From the NCBI GenBank assembly GCA_963810065.1, contig CAWELX010000007.1:1170154-1234153 (forward strand): a stretch of 64,000 bases of DNA, written 5' to 3'. Each line of letters starts with the position of its first letter. The stretch's first letter is position 1. Shown in pieces: positions 19,175-29,796 of this stretch. The notes below the pieces were generated by a model that worked only from the letters and a program-made list of their open reading frames with translations, ran no database searches and was not told the origin of the DNA. The stretch comes from an uncultured Chloroflexia bacterium (GTDB lineage Bacteria > Chloroflexota > Limnocylindria > Limnocylindrales > CSP1-4). A program made the translations under genes and the position numbers.

Positions 19175-20340
19175 GCGAGCCGTCGCGCCCCCTCCACCCG
19201 GGCGACGCCGCGGCGCTGCGGGCGATCCTGGAGGCGGTCCCGGTCGCCGGCCTCTCGGCGCTCCGCGTGCGTGTTCCCTTTCGACGCCCGTTCGCCACCG
19301 CGACCGGGATGTGGCTTCACCGTGAGGCGTGGATCGTGCTGCTCGAAGGCGCCGACGGGCGGGTCGGACTCGGCGAGGCGGTCCTCGAGCCCGACGCCAC
19401 GGAGGTCGAGGAGACGATCCTCGCCCGGGCCATCCGCGATGCGGCCGCTTCGGCGCGCGAGGGCGACCTCCCCGACGCCGAGGAGCTGGAGCTGCTGGGG
19501 GGTCCCGGACGGGCTCTCCGTGCCGCGATCGACGGCGCGCGCCTCGACCTGGCGCTCGAGCCGGACGGCGCCGCGGTGTCGGTGAACGGGACGATCGGGT
19601 TTGCCGCCCCACGTGAGGGCGCGGAGGCCGCCCTCCAGGCCATGCAGGCCGGCTTCACGACACTCAAGCTCAAGGCCGGCGCGGAGCGCGAGACCGAGGA
19701 CCTGGTGGCACGGGTGCGTGCCATCCGTCGGGCCGTGGGCCCGGAGATTCGGCTCCGTCTCGACGTCAACGCGGCGTGGGACCTGCCAACGGCGGAGGAT
19801 CGCCTGGAGGCGGTCGCGCGGTTCGACATCGAGTACGTGGAGCAGCCCCTGGCGGTGGACGACTCGGCCGGGGCTGCCGAGCTCCGGCGCCGCGTCGCCG
19901 TGCCGCTGGCGGCCGACGAGGCCGTCTACTCCGTCTCGGCTGCCAGGCGGCTGCTCGCGGAGGGCGCCGCCGACGTGCTCGTGGTGAAGCCGGCGCGAGT
20001 CGGTGGCCCGGTCGCAGTTGCCGAGATCGCCGCCGCCGCCGCGGCGGCAGGCGTTCCCGTGGTCCTGTCCACGCTCTTCGAGACGGGCATCGGTGTGGCG
20101 TCCGCGCGGGTCGCCGCCGCGGCGCTTCCGGCTGCGCCGTGGCGCGGAGGCACGACTCGCCTGCCCCACGGTCTGGCGACGGCGGGCCTCCTGGAGCACG
20201 ATCTCCTCCGGGCGCCCATGACCCTCGACGACGGCGAGCTCGCCGCGCCGGGCGGCGACGGCGCCGCCGGGCTGGGGATCACTCTCGACGATGGCGTCAT
20301 GCGGCGCTTCGCGGTCGAGGCCGTCGAGGGCGCCGGATGA
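19171..20340 (+). CDS. menC: o-succinylbenzoate synthase MenC (enolase superfamily)
   Basis: ..GFTTLKLKAGAE...RLDVNAAWD...IEYVEQPL..LAADEAVYS...VLVVKPARVGG matches the enolase-superfamily metal ligands and general-base positions in the menC slot of the operon. Confidence 0.8.
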   Translation: MSEPSRPLHPGDAAALRAILEAVPVAGLSALRVRVPFRRPFATATGMWLHREAWIVLLEGADGRVGLGEAVLEPDATEVEETILARAIRDAAASAREGDLPDAEELELLGGPGRALRAAIDGARLDLALEPDGAAVSVNGTIGFAAPREGAEAALQAMQAGFTTLKLKAGAERETEDLVARVRAIRRAVGPEIRLRLDVNAAWDLPTAEDRLEAVARFDIEYVEQPLAVDDSAGAAELRRRVAVPLAADEAVYSVSAARRLLAEGAADVLVVKPARVGGPVAVAEIAAAAAAAGVPVVLSTLFETGIGVASARVAAAALPAAPWRGGTTRLPHGLATAGLLEHDLLRAPMTLDDGELAAPGGDGAAGLGITLDDGVMRRFAVEAVEGAG

Positions 20341-22598
20341 GCCCGGCGCTGGTCCTCCCGCTCGCGCTCCGGCGCCACGCTGCCGCGCGCCCCACGGACC
20401 TCGCGATCCGCGATGCCGGGGGCGACACTTCGTACGCCGGCCTCGACCAGTCCCTGGATCGGGTGGCGTCCGCCCTGCAGGCCTCGGGTATCGCCCCCGG
20501 TGACCGGGTGGCCCTGCTCGCGCCGCCATCGGCCGGGTCGCTGGCGCTCCTGCTCGGCATCCTGCGGATGGGCGGCATCGCCGTCCCGCTCGGGATGCGC
20601 CTCACGCGCCGCGAGATCGGGGAGTCGCTGGCAGCAGCATCGCCGGCGCTGATCGTCCACGACGCGGCGTTCAACGGCATCGCCACCGGCCACGGCGTGC
20701 CGGGCGTCGCTCCGGCCGACCTCGTCGAACGCGGCCGCGGGGTGGTGCCGGGCGAAGCCGACATCGGCCCGGCCGCGCCCGCCGTGGCCGTGCTCACGTC
20801 CGGGACCACCGGGCGGCCGAAGGCGGCGCTCCTGTCGCACGTGGCCCTGGCCGCGAGCGCGGAGGCGTGGACGGCCGCGCTGCCGGCCGCGACGGGGTGG
20901 CTCCTGTGCCTCGCGATGTCGCACGTCGCCGGACTCGGGGTGGCATGGCGGGCGCTGGGCGCCGGCAGGCCGCTCCACGTCGCGACCGGCTTCGAGGCGG
21001 GCAGCGTGCTCGACGACCTGCGCGGCCCGGGGGCGCCGAGCCACCTCTCCCTCGTCCCGGTCCAGCTGGCGCGCCTGCTCGACGCCGCGGGCGGAGGGCC
21101 GCCGCCCCGGACGCTGCGCGCGGTGCTCCTGGGGGGTGCGCCGATCCCGCCGGCCCTCGTGCTCCGTGCCGCCGCGGCCGGATGGCCGGTCGTGCCGAGC
21201 TACGGGCTGACGGAGGCCGGCTCCGGGGTGACCGCGCTGCCAGCCGACGAAGCCGCGGCCACGCCCGACTCAGCCGGGCGGGCGCTCCGCGGCGTCGCGG
21301 TCCGGATCGCCGAGCCGGGTCCCGACGGGGTGGGGGAGATCCAGGTCCGCACCCCGGCCGCCTTCTCCGGGTACCTGGGGCGCCAGGATCTGTCCGCGGC
21401 GGCCTTCACGCCCGACGGCTGGCTGCGCACGGGCGACGCGGGCCGCCTCGACGTGGTCGGCCGGCTGTTCGTCGCCGACCGGCGCGCCGACCTCGTCGTC
21501 GCGGGCGGCGAGAACGTCCTGCCGGCCGAGGTGGAGGCTGTCCTGGAGAGCCATCCGGCCGTCGCGGAGGCCGGCGTGGCCGGCCGCCCGGACCCGACGT
21601 GGGGCGCCGTCCCGGTGGCCGGGCTCGTGCTGCGCCCGGGGGCCGTCGAGCCCTCCGATGACGAGCTCCGCGCCTGGTGCCGTGAGCGCCTGGCGTCGTA
21701 CAAGGTCCCGGCCGCGTTCCTGCGCCTCGACGAGCTCCCCCGCACCGCCTCCGGCAAGCTCCGCCGAGGCGAGCTTCGCGACCGCCTCACGCCGCTCGTG
21801 GTCGTGCTGCACGCCACCCTCTCGACGGGCCGCCAGCTGGCCCCGCTCGTGCGTGAGCTGGCGGCAGGCGGGGACCTACGCGTCGTGGCCCCGGACCGCC
21901 GGGGGAGCGGCGAGCATCGCCTGGAGCCGCCACGCGCCGTCTCGATGGACGAGCACGTGGTGGACCTGGAGGGGCTCCTCGACGCGGAGGGTGTCGGTCG
22001 CGCCGTCGTGCTCGGCCACAGCTTCGGGGGCGTCGTGGCCCTCGAGGCGGCGGCCAGGCTGCCGGAACGCATCGCGGGCGTGGTCGCCTACGAGCCGCCA
22101 TACGGGCCGCTCGCCGACGCCCGCACGCAGCGAGCCTTCGCGCTGGTCGCGCGGGCGACCGCTGATGCCGCGGCGCGCGCAGGGGCGCCCGCCGCGGCAC
22201 GCGCCTTCATGCGCGGCGTTGGGGGCCGGGGAGCGTGGGAGACCCTGCCGGAGCGCAGCCGGACGTTCCTCGAGGAGGAGGGTGGGGGAGCCGTCGCGGA
22301 CGCAGGCATGGCCGGCCTCGACCCGTCGGCGCTGGCCGGCATCGCCTGCCCGGTCACCATCCTCACGGGCAGTGCCTCGGATCCTTTCTATGCCCCGATC
22401 GCGGACGCCCTTGCCGCCCGGATCCCCGGCGCCCGCCGGGCCGTCCTGGCGGGGCTGCGCCACACCGCGCCGATCACCGAGCCGTCGCCCGTCGCGGTGG
22501 CCCTGCGCGAGGCGCTGGTGGCCGGACAGGCGCCCGGCCTGGGAACCCCGACCCCATCTCGACCGCCGGCCGCCGCCCCTCCAGGAGAGCCCGCATGA
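20337..22598 (+). CDS. menE: o-succinylbenzoate--CoA ligase MenE (aa 1-~485) fused to a C-terminal alpha/beta-hydrolase domain (aa ~490-753)
   Basis: The adenylation domain has AMP-binding motifs LTSGTTGRPKAALLSH, ..PSYGLTEAG.., ..RTGDAGRLD.., ..YKVPAAFLRLDELPRTASGKLRR. With no intervening stop it continues as LVVVLHATLSTGRQL...VVLGHSFGGVVALEAAARLPERIAGVVAYEPPYGP... (GHSFGG nucleophile elbow). Confidence 0.75.
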   Translation: MSPALVLPLALRRHAAARPTDLAIRDAGGDTSYAGLDQSLDRVASALQASGIAPGDRVALLAPPSAGSLALLLGILRMGGIAVPLGMRLTRREIGESLAAASPALIVHDAAFNGIATGHGVPGVAPADLVERGRGVVPGEADIGPAAPAVAVLTSGTTGRPKAALLSHVALAASAEAWTAALPAATGWLLCLAMSHVAGLGVAWRALGAGRPLHVATGFEAGSVLDDLRGPGAPSHLSLVPVQLARLLDAAGGGPPPRTLRAVLLGGAPIPPALVLRAAAAGWPVVPSYGLTEAGSGVTALPADEAAATPDSAGRALRGVAVRIAEPGPDGVGEIQVRTPAAFSGYLGRQDLSAAAFTPDGWLRTGDAGRLDVVGRLFVADRRADLVVAGGENVLPAEVEAVLESHPAVAEAGVAGRPDPTWGAVPVAGLVLRPGAVEPSDDELRAWCRERLASYKVPAAFLRLDELPRTASGKLRRGELRDRLTPLVVVLHATLSTGRQLAPLVRELAAGGDLRVVAPDRRGSGEHRLEPPRAVSMDEHVVDLEGLLDAEGVGRAVVLGHSFGGVVALEAAARLPERIAGVVAYEPPYGPLADARTQRAFALVARATADAAARAGAPAAARAFMRGVGGRGAWETLPERSRTFLEEEGGGAVADAGMAGLDPSALAGIACPVTILTGSASDPFYAPIADALAARIPGARRAVLAGLRHTAPITEPSPVAVALREALVAGQAPGLGTPTPSRPPAAAPPGEPA

Positions 22599-23440
22599 CG
22601 ACCCCGCGCGAGGCGCGCGACGCGCACGACCCGACCCCCTCCGGCCTCGCCACCGAGCGTGGCAACGCCGCGGCGCCGGCCGAGGTGGGCGCCATGTTCG
22701 ACCGGATCAGCGGTGTCTACGACCCGATGAACCTCGTCATCAGCGCGTTCCAGGAGCCGCGCTGGCGGAAGCGGGCGGTCGCCGTCGCGGCGCTGAAGCC
22801 CGGCGGCCGGGCGATCGACATCGCGAGCGGCACCGGCAAGGTCGCCGCCGACCTTCTGCGCTCGGCGCAGCCCCGCGGCGAGGTGCTTGGCGTCGACATC
22901 AGCCCGGGCATGATCGAGGTCGCCCGCAGGCGCCACGAAGGTCGGCCTGGGCTTACGTTCGTGGTGGGCGACGCGATGGCCCTGCCGGCCGAGGCTGACC
23001 GCTTCGACGCCGCCACGATCGCCTTCGGGATGCGCAACCTGCCCGACTACACGAAGGGGTTCGCCGAGATGGCCCGGGTCGTCCGTCCGGGCGGGAAGGT
23101 GGTCTGCCTGGAGATCGCCCGGCCGCGCAGCCGCGTGGCGCGCGTGATGCGCTGGTGGTTCGACCGCGTCGTGCCGGTCATCGGCAGGGTCGCCGGCCAG
23201 GGGGACGCCTACGCGTACCTCGTTCGCAGCGTCCAGAACTACCCGTCCCCGGAGCGCATCGCCGAGGTCATGCGCGGGGCCGGCCTGGTGGGCATCCGCT
23301 GGATCGGCATGTCGGGCGGCATCGTCACGATCCATGTTGGGACGGTGCCACCGAACGTCCCCGGAGGGCCCGGACCGGGTGCTACCCGGATCATCAGCGT
23401 CGCCGACGCCGTGCTCCAGGAGCGCCGCACCGGCCGATGA
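22596..23440 (+). CDS. ubiE: Demethylmenaquinone methyltransferase (UbiE/MenG, class I SAM MTase)
   Basis: FDRISGVYDPMNLVISAFQEPRWRK...AIDIASGTGKVA (SAM motif I) ...FDAATIAFGMRNLPDY...AYAYLVRSVQNYP is the canonical UbiE/MenG sequence. The start overlaps the menE stop. Confidence 0.85.
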
Positions 23441-23502
23441 TCGTCAGCGGCCGAGGCTGCTGATCAGAAGCGGCCCAGGCCGTTGATCCGCGGTTGCGTG
23501 GC

Positions 23503-24314
23503 CTACCCCTTGCGGCGGTAGCTCCAGATCGCGAGCGGGGCGAAGACCGCGACCAGGCCGACGATCCAGCCCGCAGCCAGCAGCACGTTCCCCGCTTCGG
23601 GGACGCCGATGATGAGGCCGCGGGCGGCGTTGACGACGACCGTGACCGGGTTCGCCTCGGCGATCGGCTGCAGCCACTCCGGCATGGTCGAGATTGGGAC
23701 GAACGCCGAGCTCACGAAGGTCAGCGGGAAGACGGGGATGAAGATGGCTCCCTGCGCAGCCTGGGCCGACTTGGCGCGGAGGCCGATGTTGGCGGCCAGC
23801 CAGCTGATGGCATAGCCGAACAGCGTCACGAGCACGAGCGCCAGGATGAACTCGGCGAAGCTCCCCGTGAAGCGGAAGCCGATCAGGAACCCGACCAGGG
23901 TCATGATCATGACGGTGTAGGCGTTCCGGAGCAGGTCGGCGAACGTCTTGCCGATCAGGACCGCGGACGGCGCCATCGGCAGGGAGCGGAAGCGGTCGAT
24001 GATCCCCTTCTGGAGGTCCTCGGCGAGGCCGACCGCCGTGCTGGTCCCGCCGAACACGACTGTCTGGACGAAGATCCCGGGCATGAGGAACGTGATGTAG
24101 GTGACGCCGGGAGTCTGGATCGCGCCGCCGAAGACGAAGGCGAAGAGCAGCACGAACATGATCGGCGTGATCGTGTCGATCACGAGGAGCTGCGGGTTGC
24201 GCACGACAGCCAGCATGTTGCGCCAGGCGATCGTGATCGAGTCACTGACGATCCACAGGGGAGAGCGGCGGATCCGCAGGGCAGGTCGCCCCGCGGCGGG
24301 GGCGGTCAGGGCGG

Positions 24315-24318
<4 letters not shown>
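23503..24318 (-). CDS. ABC-2 type transporter permease
   Basis: 271 aa with 6 predicted TM helices and an ABC-2 family layout. It ends in TAG, showing TAG is a genuine stop here. The start overlaps the ATPase stop. Confidence 0.85.
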
Positions 24319-25355
<1,037 letters not shown>

Positions 25356-25467
25356 GGGAGACCTCGTGTACCGGCAGGTCGGGTGCTGCCGGCACCCTCC
25401 AGTTCGGAGGTCGAGGCGTTACGGATGGGTCGGCCCCGGCCGGCCCCGACGCGCACGTAGCCCTGCC

Positions 25468-26298
25468 TCAGTACCAGGGCCAGGGCACGGCCGGCCAGTC
25501 CGGGTGCGGCTGCGGGAACCGGCCGCTCCGGAGCAGCTTCTCGATCCGCGTGTTCGTCGCCTCCAGCTCGTCGCCCGCGAGGTGGGGCTCCAGTTGCCCG
25601 CGGATGCCGGGCAGCGCAAGCCGCAGGCGCGCCAGGGCCTCCGCCTCGCGCGGTGCCAGCCGCGTGCCGCGCCAGCCCCACAGCACGGTTCGGAGCTTGG
25701 GTTCCACGCTGAACGTGACCCCGTGGTCGACGCCCTGGATGATCCCGTCCTCCCGGACCAGCAGGTGGCCGCCCTTCCGGTCGGCGTTGTTGACGACGGC
25801 GTCGAAGAGCGCGATCCGGCGCAGCCGCGGATCCGCGGCCCGGACCAGCTCGACGACGTCGCGGTCCTCGCGAATCTCGACCCACAGCTGGAGCATGCCC
25901 GGCCCCACCGGCGCGTCCGAGCGGAAGACCGTGGGGGGCACCACGTCCCAGCCGCTGGCCTGGGAGACGATGAAGGCCGCCACTTCGCGATGGGCCAGGG
26001 TGCCATCCTCGAAGTCCCACAGCGGCCGCTCGCCGCGAATCGGCTTGTAGACGGCGGCAGCCACGACGTCGCCGCGCCCCGGGACCGTGCCGTGGACCGC
26101 GACGAGGAGCGTCACGTTGGAGGCCTGGACCAGGCGCCCGACGATCTCGATCTCGCCGCGCTCGAGGAAGGGAAGCGCCGTGGCGGGCGGCAGGGCCACC
26201 GCCGGCGGGAGGGCCGGCCCGACCTCCTCGTCGGGCCCGGACGGCTCGGACGGCCAGGCCTCGCCGGCCTCGTCGGCGCGGCGCGTCTCGTCCGTCAC
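25468..26298 (-). CDS. SCO1664-family protein (PI3/4-kinase-like fold, Actinobacteria-restricted family)
   Basis: 276 aa. ..GSLQLWV...DAVVNNADRKGGHLLV..GVDHGVTF resembles the SCO1664/TIGR03843 family. Its position next to DUF3090 and the MSMEG_4193-type phosphomutase matches the known conserved triad. Confidence 0.6.
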   Translation of the reverse strand: MTDETRRADEAGEAWPSEPSGPDEEVGPALPPAVALPPATALPFLERGEIEIVGRLVQASNVTLLVAVHGTVPGRGDVVAAAVYKPIRGERPLWDFEDGTLAHREVAAFIVSQASGWDVVPPTVFRSDAPVGPGMLQLWVEIREDRDVVELVRAADPRLRRIALFDAVVNNADRKGGHLLVREDGIIQGVDHGVTFSVEPKLRTVLWGWRGTRLAPREAEALARLRLALPGIRGQLEPHLAGDELEATNTRIEKLLRSGRFPQPHPDWPAVPWPWY

Positions 26299-26365
26299 GG
26301 GCGGCGCCCTGCGCGGTGTGGGTCGCCGCGGCGGGGACCCGCGCGGCCGGGGCCTGCGCGGCGGG

Positions 26366-26945
26366 TCAGTGGACGTACCCGTTGCGACGCGGGCACAGGT
26401 GGCCGGTGGGGTCCAGGGGCTGACCGCACAGCGGGCACGGCAGCCGGCCCGCCGCGACCGTGCGCAGGGCCCGTTCGACGAACGCCCGGGCGCGTGCCGG
26501 CGTCAGGCGGATGCGGACGAGGTCCGGCCCGTCGGGATCGTCGTCCTCGAGCTCGAGATCCACGTCGGGCTCCTCGCCCTCCTCTTCGTCGTCCTCCACC
26601 TCGAGCTGCGCCCGGGCCTCGACGACGATCTCGTCGCTGTCGCCGTCCCAGGCCAGCGTCATCGTGCCGACGCGGAACGCCTCGACGAGCGGCTCGTCGA
26701 GGGACCCGGTGTCGTCGTCGCCCGGCAGCGAGGGCCTCCGGGACGTTGACGCCCCGTCGCGAGAGCTCGGCGAGGAGGAGCGCCATCCGTTCGGCCAGCA
26801 CCTGCACCTGGACCTTCTCCAGCACGACCGAGACGAGCGCGCTGCCGCGCCGTGCCTGGAGGAAGAAGGTCCGGTTGCCCGGCTGGCCGACGGTGCCGCT
26901 GACGAACCGGTCCGGGAGGCCGAAGTCGTAGATGCGTCGAGACAT
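26366..26945 (-). CDS. DUF3090 (SCO1663-like) protein, apparently frameshifted once
   Basis: N-term MSRRIYDFGLPDRFVSGTVGQPGNRTFFLQARRGSALVSVVLEKVQVQVLAERMALLLAELSRRGVNVPEALAAG (frame of ORF 26295..26945). The C-term is in the frame of ORF 26366..27250: ..DDDTGSLDEPLVEAFRVGTMTLAWDGDSDEIVVEA...RLPCPLCGQPLDPTGHLCPRRNGY (the DUF3090 Cys cluster). The shift is at ~26735 in a G/C run. Confidence 0.6.
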
Positions 26946-26954
26946 GCCGCGACT

Positions 26955-27626
26955 CTACCGCGCCCGGCGTCGGGTCGCCGGGTGCAGTGTTCCGCGCCGT
27001 CGGGCGGGCGCCAGCGAGACGACGCTGCCGCCCGTGTCGTTGACCCGCTCGACGTGCGTCCCTGCCGTCGCGTAACGCACCACCGATAGGGAGCAGGGGT
27101 CCACGCCGATTCGCTGGAAGCCGTCGAGATGGAGGCCCAGCGCGTCGGCGAGGACGGCCTTGATGACGTCACCGTGGCTGACCACGGCGTAGGTGGCGTC
27201 GGCACCGAGCGTCGCGTTCCAGCGCCGGACCGCCGCCACGGCGCGGGCACTCATGTCCGCGAGGCCTTCGCCGTCGGGAAAGACCGCGGCCGAGGGCCGG
27301 GCCTGGACCACCGCCCAAAGCGGCTCCCGGCGGAGCGCCTTGAGATCGCGGCCGGTCCACGTTCCGTACCCGACCTCGCCGAAGGCCTCGTCCACGTGGA
27401 GCGGCGGCGCCGGATCGCGACCCGCCAGGATCGCATCGGCCGTCTCCCGGCAGCGCTCAAGCGGCGAGCACACCACGGCCGCCAGCGGGACCGCGCGCAG
27501 CCGCTCGCCCATGGCCGTGGCCTGGGCACGTCCGCGCTCGTCGAGGTGCACGCCGGGCGTCCAGCCGGCCAGCACGGGTCCGGTGAGCGGGGTGAGGCCG
27601 TGGCGGACGAAGAGGACCGTGGTCAC
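26955..27626 (-). CDS. Histidine-phosphatase superfamily protein (MSMEG_4193-type putative phosphomutase)
   Basis: The GTG start VTTVLFVRHGLTPLTG carries the RHG catalytic motif of PGM/histidine phosphatases, and there is a second His in ..VVSHGDVIKAV. It is the third member of the actinobacterial triad. Confidence 0.7.
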   Translation of the reverse strand: MTTVLFVRHGLTPLTGPVLAGWTPGVHLDERGRAQATAMGERLRAVPLAAVVCSPLERCRETADAILAGRDPAPPLHVDEAFGEVGYGTWTGRDLKALRREPLWAVVQARPSAAVFPDGEGLADMSARAVAAVRRWNATLGADATYAVVSHGDVIKAVLADALGLHLDGFQRIGVDPCSLSVVRYATAGTHVERVNDTGGSVVSLAPARRRGTLHPATRRRAR

Positions 27627-27634
27627 CCGGTCGC

Positions 27635-28207
27635 TCAGGCGGGGGTGACGTCGGCGCCGACGTCGAGCGCCGGAGAAGGGTGCCCGTGCTCGCCGTCGTG
27701 CTCGGGTGCACGCTCGCCGGCCCACCCCGGGATCTCCTCGCCCCGCTCCGAGGCGATGACCTGCAGTCCTCCGAACAGCGTGAAGCCGGTGATCTCCAGC
27801 CCGGGCTCGTCGAGGGACGGCTCGGGTGCGTCGGTCGAGTTCATGGCGCCGCCGAAGATCGCCGGACCGCTGATGCGAACCGGCACCCCCGGGGCGACCA
27901 CGACCCGCGTGCCGGCGAAGACCGTGCGGACGTCGAGCTGCGCCCCGGCCGGGTCGATCGTCACCTCGCGAAGGTCGACGTCCACGCCCGCATACCAGCT
28001 GATGACACGGCCGCCGCGAAACGATGGCCCGCTGCCCTTGAACTCGACGCCGTCCATCACGGCCACGAGGTCGATGTCGTCCGACGCCGGGTCCGGGATC
28101 GACGGCGCCTTCTTCTTGAAGCTGAGAGCCGCGAGCGCGCTTGCGATGCCGGCGACGATCGAGACGCCGATGACGAGGCCGAGAAGCCGGGCGAGGAAGC
28201 GGAACAT
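27635..28207 (-). CDS. Membrane-anchored protein with a LiaF/DUF2154-like C-terminal domain (putative cell-envelope stress protein)
   Basis: The real start MFRFLARLLGLVIGVSIVAGIASALAAL (TM anchor) is at 28207. A beta-rich domain follows (..RVISWYAGVDVDLREVTIDP..LDVRTVFAGTRVVVAPGVPVRISGPAIFGG). Upstream codons of the track ORF are artefact. Confidence 0.45.
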   Translation of the reverse strand: MFRFLARLLGLVIGVSIVAGIASALAALSFKKKAPSIPDPASDDIDLVAVMDGVEFKGSGPSFRGGRVISWYAGVDVDLREVTIDPAGAQLDVRTVFAGTRVVVAPGVPVRISGPAIFGGAMNSTDAPEPSLDEPGLEITGFTLFGGLQVIASERGEEIPGWAGERAPEHDGEHGHPSPALDVGADVTPA

Positions 28208-28284
28208 GGGGGACCTCCAGGGGCTGCTGACGCCGGCGTCGATGCTACCTCCCGCGGACGATCGAGGCCCGCTACGCTGGCAGG

Positions 28285-29796
28285 ATGGACCGGCTGGAGC
28301 GGGAGGCGGAGCGCCTCGAGGGCGCCGTCTGGGGTCACCTCGTGGGGGACGCCCTCGGCGTGCCGTACGAGTTCCGGCCGCCCGGCGGGATCGGCGAGAT
28401 CCGTTTCGGCGCCTCCGGCACCCACGGCCAGCCGGCGGGCACGTGGAGCGACGACGGAGCGCTGATGCTGGCCCTGCTGGACTCGCTCGTGCGGGCCGAC
28501 GCCGACCCGGGGCGGGCCTCCATCCGCTTCGACCCGGAGGACCAGGGCCGCCGGATCCGGGCGTGGTACGAGCGCGGCGCCTACACGCCCGACGGCGACG
28601 GCGCGTTCGACATCGGCGGCGCCACCCTGGCCGCGGTGCGCGCGCTCCAGGAGGGCGTCCCGGCCGATCGATCGGGGAGCGTGAAACCGAACGCGCTGGG
28701 CAACGGCTCGCTGATGCGAATCCTCCCCGTCGCACTGGCCGGCCGTCGCAGGGACGACGCGACCCTCGTCGCCTGGGCAAGCGCGGCGTCGGCGGTGACC
28801 CACGGGGAGCCACTGCCTCGTGCGACCTGCGCGCTCTACGTCCTGCTCGCCTGTCGGCTTCTCGTGCACCCCGATGATCCCGGGGCGGCGATGGCGGACG
28901 CTCGCCGCGCGCTGGCCCGGCATGCGGCGGCGGCCGGCCTCGACGGCGCCCTGGGCGAGCTCCTGGCCTGGGAGCGACGGACCGGCGGCGGCCACGTCGC
29001 CGACGCGTTCTGGTCGGCATGGGACGTCGTCGTCGCAGCGACCTCCTACCAGGAAGCGGTCGAGGGCGCAGTCCGCCTCGGCAACGACACGGACACGACG
29101 GCCGCGATCGCCGGCGGGCTGGCGGGTATCCGCTGGGGCGTCGGGGGGATCCCGCAGCTGTGGCTGGCCCGGATGCGCGGCCGGGAGATCGCCGGCGAGC
29201 TCCTCGACCGGCTGCTCGCGGAGGCGGGATGGCGGACCTCCACGACAAGCCCGCTGCGGGTGGACTGGGTGCCGCTCCGCGACGCAGGCGACCTCGCGGG
29301 CGCCGGCGGCGCCCTGGGAATGACGCTCCTGCCGGGCAAGAAACGGCGCGGGTACGGTGGCCCCCAGTGGCGCGACGCCGCAGCCGATGCCCGCTGCCTG
29401 CGCGACGTCCATGGCTGCAGCACGCTCCTGCTGCTGGTTGAGGACATCGACCTCGACATCAGCCGTGCGTGGGGGACGATCCCGGCCCTGGAGGCGGCCG
29501 GGATTCGCGTGATCCGGCACCCGATCCGCGACATGGGCGTGCCCCGCGACGCGCCCGCCTTCGGGGCCATGCTCGACGCGATCCGCGGGCGTGTGCTGGG
29601 CGGCGAGCGGATCGTCGTGGCCTGCCGGGGCGGCCTGGGCCGAACCGGGACCGCGGTGGCCTGCCTGCTCGTCGACGCGGGCGTGCCCGCTTCCGAGGCG
29701 ATCCGCCGGGTCCGGGCGGCCCGGCCGGGCACGATCGAGCGGCACACGCAGGAGGAGTTCGTCCGGGGGTGGCAGCGCCGGGGGGCGGACGGATGA
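28285..29796 (+). CDS. Fusion protein: ADP-ribosylglycohydrolase (ARH/DraG fold, aa 1-~300) + CX5R protein-tyrosine/dual-specificity phosphatase domain (aa ~340-503)
   Basis: N-term: AVWGHLVGDALGVPYEF...GTWSDDGALMLALLDSL...GNGSLMRILPVAL...GNDTDTTAAIAGGLAGIRWG (ARH metal-binding Asp/Thr motifs). C-term: ..IRVIRHPIRDMGVP...RIVVACRGGLGRTGTAVACLLV carries the exact CX5R P-loop. The stop overlaps the ribokinase start (ATGA at 29793-29796). Confidence 0.75.
   Translation: MDRLEREAERLEGAVWGHLVGDALGVPYEFRPPGGIGEIRFGASGTHGQPAGTWSDDGALMLALLDSLVRADADPGRASIRFDPEDQGRRIRAWYERGAYTPDGDGAFDIGGATLAAVRALQEGVPADRSGSVKPNALGNGSLMRILPVALAGRRRDDATLVAWASAASAVTHGEPLPRATCALYVLLACRLLVHPDDPGAAMADARRALARHAAAAGLDGALGELLAWERRTGGGHVADAFWSAWDVVVAATSYQEAVEGAVRLGNDTDTTAAIAGGLAGIRWGVGGIPQLWLARMRGREIAGELLDRLLAEAGWRTSTTSPLRVDWVPLRDAGDLAGAGGALGMTLLPGKKRRGYGGPQWRDAAADARCLRDVHGCSTLLLLVEDIDLDISRAWGTIPALEAAGIRVIRHPIRDMGVPRDAPAFGAMLDAIRGRVLGGERIVVACRGGLGRTGTAVACLLVDAGVPASEAIRRVRAARPGTIERHTQEEFVRGWQRRGADG

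Noticed and set aside
23441-23502. Intrinsic terminator between convergent ubiE and ABC-permease genes
   Set aside because: Only weak, short inverted repeats (CAGC..GCTG) with no U-tract. It cannot be supported from sequence alone.
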